DNA from: Epithemia pelagica
Lineage: Eukaryota; Protista; Bacillariophyta
Direction of reading: 5' to 3'
Length of the DNA: 64,000 nucleotides
NCBI GenBank assembly: GCA_946965045.2
Contig: OX337241.1
Location: forward strand, 1,674,001-1,738,000
Under the pieces are notes generated by a model. It was not told the origin of the DNA. It did no database searches and worked only from the letters and a program-made list of their open reading frames with translations. Below, one piece after another: positions 54,418 to 64,000 of this stretch (position 1 is its first letter; each line of letters opens with the position of its first letter). Both the position numbers and the translations under genes were made by a program.

Positions 54418-57400
54418 TTGATTGTTGCCTCATCTTCGATTCCTCCTCTTTTGTCGCGAGACGACTCTCAACCCACCATTAATAGTAACACTATAGTTGC
54501 GGAGTCTTCTTCCCACTTGAAGCCTCTTGCTCCACCTCCACCACTCTCATCCAAAATTGTCCCATCCTTCCTTCCCCCATTGGCGACACCGTCGTCAGAC
54601 CACAAACCCAAGATTCCAAGCACTGCGAATCCTTTCTTGATTCATCACATCACCCAGGATTATTCAAGATATCCAGAGACTCGTCAACGAGAACTCTCCG
54701 ATCTGATCTCGTCTGTTCAGAATCAATGTGTCATCACGTCTGATTCTGCTCCCAAGATATCCGCGTCCGTTGACGCACCCACTTCCAGCCCCACGACTGC
54801 CAACAGTCACCCCCGACCAACTACCAAGGATCACCCAACAGATTCCCTTACCGTTGATTCTTCTACAAGACCCCCAAGTCCCCCAAGTTCTCATTCCGAA
54901 AATCTGCCCTCACAAATCGCGGAATCTCTCCCAGGGAGTTCCTCCGCGATCATCGGGTCTGATTTCACAGGCAAGCCCCTAGCAAAGAACGTAAAACGAT
55001 TGGAACAGGCTCGACAAGCGGATTTAAAATTACTAGGTGAGTTTAATATCGCAGATGACACGACGTTCAGTTCCCCAAGTTCTGGCAAATGCTACCTTCC
55101 CAACGAGATTTCCGAAATCTTTCCCACAAGACTGGCCCCTCCCCCACTCCAACCTATTCGCCACCCAAGCCGTCTCTCCGTCATGCTTTTCATCGCCGAT
55201 CACGAGCCACCAACTCCCAAGCCATCACCCTTTCGTCACTCTATCGACGATTCTGTTGTTTTGTCCAATGCAACCTTCAACTCACAGCTGATTGAACGGT
55301 TTGATTTTGACATGCAACGAGTGATCGACAGTCACCCCGACTCCGTCATCACACCCGGCTCGGAATTTCGCACAGCCCAAATTCTCGAACCACTCCTAGC
55401 CGGCCACCCATACTGGTCACGGTTTCACCACAATATCACGCATGGTGTCTCCTATCCTCTCACAGCTGAGGAAGACGAGCCAGCCAGACGCGCTGAAAAC
55501 GAGGCAATCCTCGAATACGGCAATCACGCTTCTGGCAAGAAAAATCCCGAAGCTCTTTCGAAAGTTCTCCGGAAAGACGCTTCTAAAGGATTCTCTCTTC
55601 CAATCACATTCAACTGTGCCAAACGCATCAAGCATAGTCGAATCAGTCCCATGGGTGTCGCCCACCAAATGGGAATTGATGCCAACGGCAACCTTGTTCC
55701 GAAAGACCGTTTGACACACGACCAATCCTTTTCCCTCGGATTTTGCCCCTCGACCAACGATTTGATTGATCAAAGCAAATTGATTGACCTTGTGATGGGT
55801 CACTGTTTAGATAGAGTCCTCCATCAAATCGTTGCATTGCGTCTGGCATTTCCCACCGATCGTATCCTTATCAGCAAGTTTGATTGGTCCTCCGCATACC
55901 GCCGAGTTCACGGCAACGGCGATGTTGCAGCAAGGAATATAACCATCGATCCCTCCAATTCCTTTGCCCACCTAAATCTCCGCTTGACGTTTGGAGCTTC
56001 CGCCAACCCGGCCGAATTTTCCATCGTCTCGGAAATTGGAACTGACTTCTGCAACGACCTGGCCGATTTCGATGAATGGCAGCCAGACCTTTGTCAATCG
56101 CCCCTCCAAGAAGGAATTGGAGGACCCAAATATCTCCCAGAGGACATTCCCATTGCACCCGCCTGTGAATTGGCCGTCAGCGTCCCAACTTGTCCCCATG
56201 GTTTTCACGATTCATATCTGGATGATATGATACAAGTCTTCCTTGCAACCAACCCTCACCTTGGCCGATGTCCGAGCATCGTTCCTCTCGTCGTCCATCT
56301 CATGACACGACCAGTTGCCAAGGACGAACCAATTACACGAAAAGATATGCTGGAAGCCGACAAACTCGAAGCCGAAGGTGCACCCGCTGAAGAACAACGA
56401 GTTCTCGGGTGGATTGTTGACACAAGACGACTCCTCCTTTGTCTCCCAAAAGACAAACTGATTGGTTGGACCCGAGAAGTACAACATCTTCTCAAGACCC
56501 GTTGCACCACCTTCCACAACCTCCGCAGTTTGATTGGAAAATTATTACATGCCACCAAAGGCATACCCCACGCATCCTTTTGGTTGTCTCGCCTTCGCGA
56601 GTACCAAACCTTCATTGAACGGGCGTTCCGACAGAAACAGAAAGCAAAACCACCAGAGACAAATAAGAATCTGAAACGTCCTCGACCCAACAGAGACGTC
56701 CCTCCATCATTCTATCGGTACTCCATTCCAGACTCCATCTCCAAGGATCTTGAAATGTGGCCGTCTCTCCTCCAACATGCCCACAACGGCATCTCGCTCA
56801 ATCGACTGGTTTGTCGCGTTCCCACCCATCTCTTCCATGCCGACTCCTGCCCCGAAGGGATGGGCGGTTACTCGGTGCGATCCGGCAGAGCATGGCGCTT
56901 CCGAATCGACCCAGCAAGACTCCAAGCTCTTGCCCAACTCGACCCATCATCCACCAACACACGCACCAACAATCTTTTTGAATACATCGCAATTGTTGTG
57001 TCAATGTGGGTTGATTGTTTGTTCGATGGCATCGAAGAAAACTCGTCCGTACTGAGTCTCTCCGACAACTCGTCCGCCGTCGGCTGGATGTACAAATCAT
57101 CCTTCGGATCTGACAAGCTGTTGCATGTCCAAGTCTCCAAGAAGCTAACAGAACTTATTCTTCACCACAAGTTCTCCCTTCAAGCCGAGCATATTCCAGG
57201 GAGCAAGAACGATGCGTCAGATATCTTGTCACGACATTGGCATCTTAACGATAACAAACTTACCCTTTTTCTTCACAAAAATTTTTGTTCTCAGATTCCC
57301 GCGAATTTTTGCATCAAACCACTCCCCAACGAGATCACATGCTGGATCTCCTCGATCGTGCCAGCGTGTCCAGAATCTTCTTCGGCAAGACCGAAGGAGC

Positions 57401-57945
57401 ACACCAAAAGCGCGACAAAGTCTGGGAGCGATGGACAGAACACCTCGACAAGATTGGATTCGGTCACGATCCACTCCTCGAGTCCATCAAAGCATCCAAC
57501 CACAGAGCCAGCATCGCATGTTCCTTCTTGCAATCCCTCCGAGACGCCGAATTCACCAAGAATTGCGACCGCTCGAACCCTCTTCGAGCAAGCACTCTTG
57601 GCCAAGCCATTGGAGACTTGGCATCGTGCTTCCGGCATCATGACCGGCCGAGCCCCTGCCACTGTCAAGACAGCCATCACGTCCACCCCCTCGTCGCCTC
57701 CCTCAAACGCGCGTGGTCAAATTTGGACCCCCCCGAAAAACGAGAGAAAGCCATTACCGCCAAACATCTCCGTTTCCTCTGGCTCCACTGTTGTCGAACC
57801 AACAGACTCACCAACCCACCACGCGTCTACGACTTCTCCACCTTCAAAGCCGTCGTCGCCGACCTCGCAGGATGCGGCTTCTTCTTTGGATGCAGAAGCT
57901 GCGAGATTACGACCGTGCCCCACAGAGGAAAAACAAAACTCCTAA
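54418..57945 (+). CDS. Ngaro pol: reverse transcriptase + RNase H
   Basis: RT: SKFDWSSAYRR, LRLTFGA, SYLDD, VLGW. RH: HADSC, NLFEYIA, SLSDNSSAVGW, HIPGSKNDASDILSR. No ATG until ~250 codons in. Confidence 0.92.
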   Translation: MIVASSSIPPLLSRDDSQPTINSNTIVAESSSHLKPLAPPPPLSSKIVPSFLPPLATPSSDHKPKIPSTANPFLIHHITQDYSRYPETRQRELSDLISSVQNQCVITSDSAPKISASVDAPTSSPTTANSHPRPTTKDHPTDSLTVDSSTRPPSPPSSHSENLPSQIAESLPGSSSAIIGSDFTGKPLAKNVKRLEQARQADLKLLGEFNIADDTTFSSPSSGKCYLPNEISEIFPTRLAPPPLQPIRHPSRLSVMLFIADHEPPTPKPSPFRHSIDDSVVLSNATFNSQLIERFDFDMQRVIDSHPDSVITPGSEFRTAQILEPLLAGHPYWSRFHHNITHGVSYPLTAEEDEPARRAENEAILEYGNHASGKKNPEALSKVLRKDASKGFSLPITFNCAKRIKHSRISPMGVAHQMGIDANGNLVPKDRLTHDQSFSLGFCPSTNDLIDQSKLIDLVMGHCLDRVLHQIVALRLAFPTDRILISKFDWSSAYRRVHGNGDVAARNITIDPSNSFAHLNLRLTFGASANPAEFSIVSEIGTDFCNDLADFDEWQPDLCQSPLQEGIGGPKYLPEDIPIAPACELAVSVPTCPHGFHDSYLDDMIQVFLATNPHLGRCPSIVPLVVHLMTRPVAKDEPITRKDMLEADKLEAEGAPAEEQRVLGWIVDTRRLLLCLPKDKLIGWTREVQHLLKTRCTTFHNLRSLIGKLLHATKGIPHASFWLSRLREYQTFIERAFRQKQKAKPPETNKNLKRPRPNRDVPPSFYRYSIPDSISKDLEMWPSLLQHAHNGISLNRLVCRVPTHLFHADSCPEGMGGYSVRSGRAWRFRIDPARLQALAQLDPSSTNTRTNNLFEYIAIVVSMWVDCLFDGIEENSSVLSLSDNSSAVGWMYKSSFGSDKLLHVQVSKKLTELILHHKFSLQAEHIPGSKNDASDILSRHWHLNDNKLTLFLHKNFCSQIPANFCIKPLPNEITCWISSIVPACPESSSARPKEHTKSATKSGSDGQNTSTRLDSVTIHSSSPSKHPTTEPASHVPSCNPSETPNSPRIATARTLFEQALLAKPLETWHRASGIMTGRAPATVKTAITSTPSSPPSNARGQIWTPPKNERKPLPPNISVSSGSTVVEPTDSPTHHASTTSPPSKPSSPTSQDAASSLDAEAARLRPCPTEEKQNS

Positions 57946-58703
57946 CAATCGGTGACATCGTGTTCTTCACCGCCAAGAAACACGAAACGATCGCCGCCAA
58001 CCACCCCAACTTTCACCGCCTCGCGAAGTACGTCTCGATAACGTTCCGAGACCAAAAGAACAACCACAAAGCAGAAACTCGTACCCAGAGCAGAACGAAT
58101 GACCCCATCCTCGACCCAGTCCTTCTCTGGGGCTGCGTCATTCGTCGGATTCTCCACTACCGTCCGAAAGCTCCCCCATCCACGACAGTGAATTGTTGGT
58201 TTGACCCATCCAACCCATCCCTTCCCCCTCGCTTCGTCCGACAAGAAGATACTCGCAACCTGTTACGAGAAACCTGTGTGTTGGGCGGCGGAGTCAACGC
58301 CTTTGGCTACCACCCAATGGATATCGGCACGCACTCTCTCAGATCAGGAGCCGCCATGGCCCTGTTCCTGGCTGATTGTTCCGTCGTCAAGATAATGATT
58401 CTTGGAAGATGGAGTTCGACCGCTTTCATGAAATACATCCGACCACAGGTTCTTGAATGGACCACGGGCATGGCCCAATTAATGCTCAACACTACCGACT
58501 TTCGGCATGTTGACAACTCAACAACAGCTTCCCGCATCGCCTCCTTGGAACACCTGCAGAACCGACTCGACAACCTCGTTGATCCGGCCCTTCAAACGAA
58601 CAGCGAGACTGCTCTCGAATCACCGGATGAAAACCTCTTTAACACCTTCGATGGCCAAGATCCCCAACATCACTTCCCCACCACTCTCCATCTCGACTTC
58701 TAG
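57285..58703 (+). CDS. Ngaro tyrosine recombinase, catalytic residues intact, overlapping pol by ~660 nt
   Basis: FFFGCRSCE (R), FRDQKN (K), GTHSLRSGAA (HxxR) and GRWSSTAFMKYIR (W...Y). Confidence 0.93.
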   Translation: MFSDSREFLHQTTPQRDHMLDLLDRASVSRIFFGKTEGAHQKRDKVWERWTEHLDKIGFGHDPLLESIKASNHRASIACSFLQSLRDAEFTKNCDRSNPLRASTLGQAIGDLASCFRHHDRPSPCHCQDSHHVHPLVASLKRAWSNLDPPEKREKAITAKHLRFLWLHCCRTNRLTNPPRVYDFSTFKAVVADLAGCGFFFGCRSCEITTVPHRGKTKLLTIGDIVFFTAKKHETIAANHPNFHRLAKYVSITFRDQKNNHKAETRTQSRTNDPILDPVLLWGCVIRRILHYRPKAPPSTTVNCWFDPSNPSLPPRFVRQEDTRNLLRETCVLGGGVNAFGYHPMDIGTHSLRSGAAMALFLADCSVVKIMILGRWSSTAFMKYIRPQVLEWTTGMAQLMLNTTDFRHVDNSTTASRIASLEHLQNRLDNLVDPALQTNSETALESPDENLFNTFDGQDPQHHFPTTLHLDF

Positions 58704-58747
58704 CCCAGCTGGACATCGTTGGATTGTAATATCGGGTTTGATGGTAG

Positions 58748-58920
58748 TGGAGCCATTTTTGGTTTCAGAGGCCTTCGGCAAAACTATGTGTCTATCGTTT
58801 AGATTTAGAATCTTGTTTACAAATCTCAACGGACCGAGTTTTCGGTGACAGAACCGACTGCGATCTCTCGGACAGACCGAAACAGCACGTGCCAAGGATG
58901 TTTGTCGTAGTGTCTCTTCG
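58748..58920 (+). repeat. Repeat B1
   Basis: Matches 59190-59362 with two mismatches seen, both CG vs CA. Confidence 0.95.
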
Positions 58921-59168
58921 GTGTCTGTACTGGGTGGAGTGACGTGGCCGATGCTGGCCAGACTCCGCGACCGACAACAGCGGTGCGACTGCTCCGCCTC
59001 CTCGACGCGAGGCGAGCATCCGATTTGATTCCCACAATCGGAAGTTTTAGGATGACCCTGATGCAGAGTCGTTGGAGCGTGAGAAGAGCTCACTCTTCTT
59101 GGGTTCAGCATCTTTGCAACGACTACGAGACGAGTTCGAGATCGCAACGATTCTAGTTAGCTAATCTT
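58921..59168 (+). repeat. Repeat A2
   Basis: Copy of A1, directly abutting B1. Confidence 0.95.
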
Positions 59169-59189
59169 AAAATTTCCCCTTCCCCGCCC

Positions 59190-59363
59190 TGGAGCCATTT
59201 TTGGTTTCAGAGGCCTTCGGCAAAACTATGTGTCTATCGTTTAGATTTAGAATCTTGTTTACAAATCTCAACGGACCAAGTTTTCGGTGACAGAACCGAC
59301 TGCGATCTCTCGGACAGACCGAAACGGCACGTGCCAAGGATGTTTGTCGTAGTGTCTCTTCGG
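59190..59363 (+). repeat. Repeat B2
   Basis: Copy of B1, separated from A2 by the 21-nt spacer AAAATTTCCCCTTCCCCGCCC. Confidence 0.95.
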
Positions 59364-60114
59364 CAGAGAATCCCCCGCAGTCTGTCTTTTCTGTATCTAA
59401 CGACAGTACTCTTCGAATCTAGAGTGGTAAAGGATACTGCGACATACTCCCGAGAGTTACTGAGCTGCGTCATTCAAGAAAACCACGGAATATTGAACAG
59501 AAGTTCCAGGTATGACATCACCCTTATCCGTCGATGACGGTGTCGGAAAGGTCCAAAGTCCAAAAACCCAAAGGCTGTGTTGTCAACAAGAAAGCAAATG
59601 ATGACACATGACACCGAGAAAAGATCCATTCGGATTTCCCATTATTTCGCTCCAAAATCAGGTCGCTTAAAAGTCGCGAAAGAAAACAGCGGAGAGAAGC
59701 GCGGCTATGGGTCCCAACGCGCAGTAGAGCCTACGTAAATTTTTCTAGTACATGACGTCACGTTCGGCATCAAGTTTGTCGCGGTGTATCGTGGCTTCAC
59801 CATGGCCTGCCTTCCGTCAATCTGTTTTGGGTCGTAACTATCTTTGTTTTCTTATCCCTCGCAGATATCCATTCTATTTGTTCCATTTGGTTGATTGCTA
59901 CGAGGGATAAGAAAAACTCCTTGTCCTTCTGTCACAAAGCCTGATCGTAAAAGGTCCCTCGTCATTGCTCTTACCGTGAGAAGAGGTCCACCATGCCCGT
60001 CCTACCCAGCCTGGATTTTCGTCGTCCGCTTCGTTAAAGTCAGCGGTAAATCGACTACATACAATCAACTCAAAATGGTGGTGGCATGAGCTCGCTCTGG
60101 TCAATGAAATTGGC

Positions 60115-60975
60115 TTGGAAGACCACAACAACTGGACAGGACGAGATCAGCTGGTAGCAGTACTACGTCATGCATCCACAAGATATCCATCCTTCTATTA
60201 TCAACAGCAAGCCTATGGTGCTGTTCAAACATTCGAATCAAATGGAGGTGAAATTGAAAGTCGGCCACGTTACTTCCTTATTGGGGACAAGTCAACTACA
60301 GATGGACGGAAGATGACAATGGCATCATCTCAAAACAAACTCGTGTGTGCCATTCAAGGTGGAAAAGGTGCTCGCTTAAAGGACGCTTCAACAATACAGC
60401 GACGGCAAGAAGGTTGGAAAGACTGGACAGAAAAAAAATCAACTTCAGCCTCCCTTGCTTTCCAAGAACATGAGTTTCCTGCCATTCAACTGGCATTCGG
60501 ACAGTGGTTTGATGATCCACTGGATTCTGATTCCGTGGCTGATGAAATTTGTGGTTTACTGTATCAATCCAACCTGATACCACGCGCAGTGAATGAAAAG
60601 CATTCACAATTGAATGACAATAGCAAGAGCCACAACCAAGAAAGTGAACGAGAGCATGAACGATCAGAAAAGAGAAAGCGTCAACGGCTTGGACGACCAC
60701 CCAAATCACTATCAGCAATGGAAAATGACTATTTTGATCCTTGGCGACTGCAACGACTCTCCTCTTGTTCTGTCTTGTTGCTCCTGGCTCAACCTCTAGT
60801 GAATCAGCAACGGAGAGAGAGGATGATGACGAGCAAAAGTATGGAGATTGTCCACCGCAGGTACCACCTGCCACAAAATATCGATAATCATTGGATTTCA
60901 ACGTTCGCAAGGCCGAGGAAGCTGCTAACTTGGGCTCCACCAAGCCGACTGGAACAGCAACATGGGTGGACCTAA
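60115..60975 (+). CDS. Possible hypothetical protein or degenerate/chimeric ORF
   Basis: 286-codon ORF with a TTG start per the track and no recognised domain; it overlaps a similarly long antisense ORF. Confidence 0.3.
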   Translation: MEDHNNWTGRDQLVAVLRHASTRYPSFYYQQQAYGAVQTFESNGGEIESRPRYFLIGDKSTTDGRKMTMASSQNKLVCAIQGGKGARLKDASTIQRRQEGWKDWTEKKSTSASLAFQEHEFPAIQLAFGQWFDDPLDSDSVADEICGLLYQSNLIPRAVNEKHSQLNDNSKSHNQESEREHERSEKRKRQRLGRPPKSLSAMENDYFDPWRLQRLSSCSVLLLLAQPLVNQQRRERMMTSKSMEIVHRRYHLPQNIDNHWISTFARPRKLLTWAPPSRLEQQHGWT

Positions 60976-61120
60976 ATCCTTCGAAGATTTGTGCATGTCC
61001 ATGGAGAAACTGATTCAGCACCAAGGCAAGATTCGTGGCTGGGGATTGTGCAACGATAATGCCTAGGGGCTCACGGCTTGCATACGGACTGCCAAGGCAT
61101 TGGGAGCTGTCGGACGATAA
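60962..61120 (+). pseudogene. Aldo-keto reductase fragment with a premature stop
   Basis: A frame not in the track reads MGGPKSFEDLCMSMEKLIQHQGKIRGWGLCNDNA*GLTACIRTAKALG, matching the AKR GKIRxxGxxN box. TAG at 61064-61066. Confidence 0.6.
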
Positions 61121-62575
61121 TCCACTATTCATATTGAATCAAACTGAGAGAGAAGGCGAGAAAAGGACAAGAGAGGGCCGATTGGAAAAAAATGAGCTAC
61201 TCACTTTGTTGGTCAAAAACCTCGGTTGTATTTATACAACCAACTGGATGTCATGCCGCTCCCTCGAATGAGATCTGAGTCAAGATCCAATAGTTTGCGT
61301 TCCATTCGAAGCATTTCTTTCTCGCAGTCCGTTCCCTTCGGTCAAATGTCGGTCGCATGACAAGGACAAGACAGGGGAGGACGAATGGTCATGATGGTCC
61401 TGTCAATACGCATCTCGCTGATCCTTCACTTTCTTGTCCAAATTCTTGATTTTGTGGTTTCACCCCCATTCGAGAAGAGCATCGTTGTCTTTCTGCAAGT
61501 GGAGGTGGAGTGGACGAAATCTTCATTTTTTGGGAGACACAATAGCAGTGTGAACCAAAAGCGCAAGTCAAGTTCCAGTGAAAACGCAACGAGTTGCATC
61601 CAATCCAATTCAACCATAGTAGAGCGTTGTATTGGATCCATCGTCTAGAGCAATTCGAAGCCAACCAAACGAAACCAACGCATCACGACAGCCGGCATCA
61701 AACCACGCACAAATACCACCACCACTGCGGTGAAACCAGCATGCATCCCTTGGACAGTGCAAAGTGTTCTCGGCTAGTGCCTTTGGAGGAGATAGTGGCG
61801 AGTTCCAGAGATGGAGTGACTCGGATGGTGTTTGCTGAGTTTGCCAAGTTTGTGTTTGGGTGCCGATGCGTCGTCCGTCATGGAGGTGAAGGTACGTCTC
61901 CTTCCACGGCATGATCGCGGAGTCTGTAGTTTAATAGTCAAGCCCATCTTGACCATGAAGGAGAAGACTGTTGGACCCAGTTTGTGGATGCCATGAAAGA
62001 CAAAAGAGTCGCCCTATTGCATATTTGGATTTGTACAAAGAGGGCGAAAAGAGCGCAACAAAAGCGCAACGAGAGCGCAAGGAGCGCGCAACAACCAAAA
62101 CAACACCATCGCGCGAACCGAGTCCCTAGCACTAGTGACTAACCTAGATCTACCGATCTAATAGAAATTGAGAGATGAAAATCGTCCAGAAAAGTCCGCC
62201 ATGGTCGAATTAGTTGAAGGGTAGTGTTCTTTCGCTCTTTTGTAGCGGTTGAAATTTCACGTATAAAGCACGGCGTTGTGACCCATAGCGGCGTCTCAAA
62301 GAGAGACCTCTGACTCTCATTGAGCGCCAAAGATACGACTATCCTCCTTCACCTCAAAGCATTTCCCCTGTGACGAGTTTGTGCGTCTCATGAGAAGATT
62401 TCTTTCGTCTCGATTGTTAAGCAGTCGAAGAAATCAGTCATCGAATCGAAACAACAGCAACGACGACAACAACAACGTCTCTTCTGCTGCTTCTTCGGAA
62501 AGACGAGGCGGTTCGAGCGCGACTCGTGTCACGAACGAACGAAAACGACAGAAACAGCAACAACAACACGACGAA

Positions 62576-64000
62576 ATGAGCAACTCTCAGGAAGATCAAC
62601 ATGATATTGTGTCGGATTTGGAACGCGTCGAACAACAACTCCATCGCAGCTCGCCCGCAGGCTCTGTATCTTCCAGGATGACGACCAGCGAGGCGGCGGC
62701 GGCGACTCAAGAGACTCCAAGGACTGGGCCGGAGGGTTCCTCCTCGGTCATTCGTCATGATCCCAGTTCACCCTCCTCTTCGTCCAACAGCAACAATGGT
62801 GGTCGTGCAGTATTCGAATCCATTTCTTCTGCGTTGACTTCCATTCGAAGGCGTTTGACCCATTCCAACAATACTAGCAACAACAACGATTCCTCCACGT
62901 CGGCCCCCGCTGCCGCTACTTCGCCTGGAACAACGGTTGGAGTGTCCACCACAGAATTGATGGAACGTTTGGAATCAGCCGAACGTGCGCACAACCATCA
63001 TATTCCATTGGGATTTTTGCACCAAGAAATGGAACGACGTTCGCAATCCACCATTGCGTTGCCCAATGAAACTCTCTCCAGTAGTAACACTAGTCGAAAG
63101 ACGGCTGGAAGTGTCCGCAGCCAGGAAGAATCACAGCAAGGATCGGTAGGACTCGCCAAACGGGACAATTCGGAAGATGGAAATAGTTCCGATTCCGTAC
63201 ATTCCAATCCGGATCGACCACGCCGAACATCTACCTTGATGGCCAGTCGAATGCGAGATGATGCCTTGCAACGACCTGCGGTCGATCGACAGTTGCATAG
63301 TTTGGGGGGTGTCGAAGTTGTCCTTCTATCCACGCTTCCCGAAGACGAAGAAGCAGAGGAAGTGGAGGGTGGAATTCAAATTCAAAACGATCGAGTTCTG
63401 GTGCGCGACGAGGGGGGAGTCACACTGGAAGACGACGCGCGGCGCGCTCCCAGCAGGAAGGTGGAATCTGCCACTAGTGCCGAGGAACCGCTGAACCATA
63501 CCAACAACAATGACATGACACTTCTAATGACGGACAAGAGTCGAGCTCGTTTGGATGAATCTAGCAACAGCGCCATTCAGCTTTTGGGGAGTCACCACCA
63601 GGTGTCGTCTTCCCTCGTCTCGGCTGAATCACCAGAACGAACAGAACCTGTCACACCCGATGATGCGGGACCAAAATTTCCTTCCTCCAAAACTTGCGTC
63701 TATTCTTGGGGATCTGAGGGAAGTCATTCATTGCATGATAATGACACGGTTCGAACACCTGCCGATTCCAAAGTGGTGGATGGTCGAGTGGCACGACATA
63801 CCTTACTTCAAGTCGGTATGGGCCCTCGTCATGGTGCCGCCGTGACGGCTACCGGTCAAGTGTTAATTTGTGGAGAGAATAGTTACGGACAGGTCGATCC
63901 TTCGGATCCATCGAGTTCGGTCATTTCCAAACCACGCTTGTTTGAGTTCCCCTCCTCCATGACACGAATCACCCAGATTTCCTGTGGACGCAGTCACACG
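62576..64000 (+). CDS. 5' part of an RCC1-repeat protein running off the window end (absent from the ORF track)
   Basis: ATG at 62576 opens a stop-free frame of 475 codons. A long disordered N-terminus is followed by VYSWGSEG..QVGMGPRHGAAVTATGQVLICGENSYGQ..ITQISCGRSHT, typical RCC1/BLIP-II repeats. Confidence 0.85.
   Translation, partial: MSNSQEDQHDIVSDLERVEQQLHRSSPAGSVSSRMTTSEAAAATQETPRTGPEGSSSVIRHDPSSPSSSSNSNNGGRAVFESISSALTSIRRRLTHSNNTSNNNDSSTSAPAAATSPGTTVGVSTTELMERLESAERAHNHHIPLGFLHQEMERRSQSTIALPNETLSSSNTSRKTAGSVRSQEESQQGSVGLAKRDNSEDGNSSDSVHSNPDRPRRTSTLMASRMRDDALQRPAVDRQLHSLGGVEVVLLSTLPEDEEAEEVEGGIQIQNDRVLVRDEGGVTLEDDARRAPSRKVESATSAEEPLNHTNNNDMTLLMTDKSRARLDESSNSAIQLLGSHHQVSSSLVSAESPERTEPVTPDDAGPKFPSSKTCVYSWGSEGSHSLHDNDTVRTPADSKVVDGRVARHTLLQVGMGPRHGAAVTATGQVLICGENSYGQVDPSDPSSSVISKPRLFEFPSSMTRITQISCGRSHT

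Larger units (their letters stand above)
51258..59363 (+). mobile_element. Ngaro/PAT-type tyrosine-recombinase retrotransposon with split direct repeats (A1-ORFs-B1-A2-B2)
   Basis: A repeats of 248 bp and B repeats of ~173 bp in the order A1, B1, A2, B2. ORFs are gag, RT/RH and an overlapping YR. No TSD; a GG core is shared by both ends and the B1-A2 junction. Confidence 0.93.

Noticed and set aside
51258-59363. A/B repeats as conventional LTRs, or any repeat set as a CRISPR array
   Set aside because: The order A1-B1-A2-B2, absence of TSD/PBS and presence of a YR fit split direct repeats. No regularly spaced repeat-spacer array exists anywhere in the window.
60296-61132. 278-aa minus-strand ORF
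   Set aside because: TTG start, no motif, and antisense to both the 60115 ORF and the AKR fragment; likely a shadow.

Overview
Eukaryotic nuclear DNA, most likely a diatom; this is inferred from the CoDi-like Copia proteins, compact intron-poor genes and diatom-type hypothetical proteins. About 55% of the window is mobile DNA, in four blocks. (1) An internally deleted Copia at the left edge. (2) At 9044-24482, two TAA-flanked TIR elements abut and share one TAA. The larger one (58-bp TIRs) shows no DDE transposase but carries a Crypton-like tyrosine recombinase ORF and a young nested Copia with non-canonical AGTT...AACT LTRs and a 2880-aa polyprotein. (3) A decayed DIRS-type tyrosine-recombinase retroelement lies between ~65-bp inverted repeats at 30136-39479. 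(4) A near-intact Ngaro/PAT-type element with split direct repeats (A1-ORFs-B1-A2-B2) lies at 51258-59363; its gag and pol are in one frame separated by a single TGA-C. Host genes between the blocks: a large IQ/coiled-coil protein, FYVE+SYLF protein, a diatom-type hypothetical, a small CaaX protein, an ankyrin-repeat protein, copine, AP-3 delta, an intron-containing SDR, an aldo-keto reductase remnant and the 5' part of an RCC1-repeat gene missed by the ORF track. All alignments were done by eye, no database searches were run, and coordinates may be off by a few nt.
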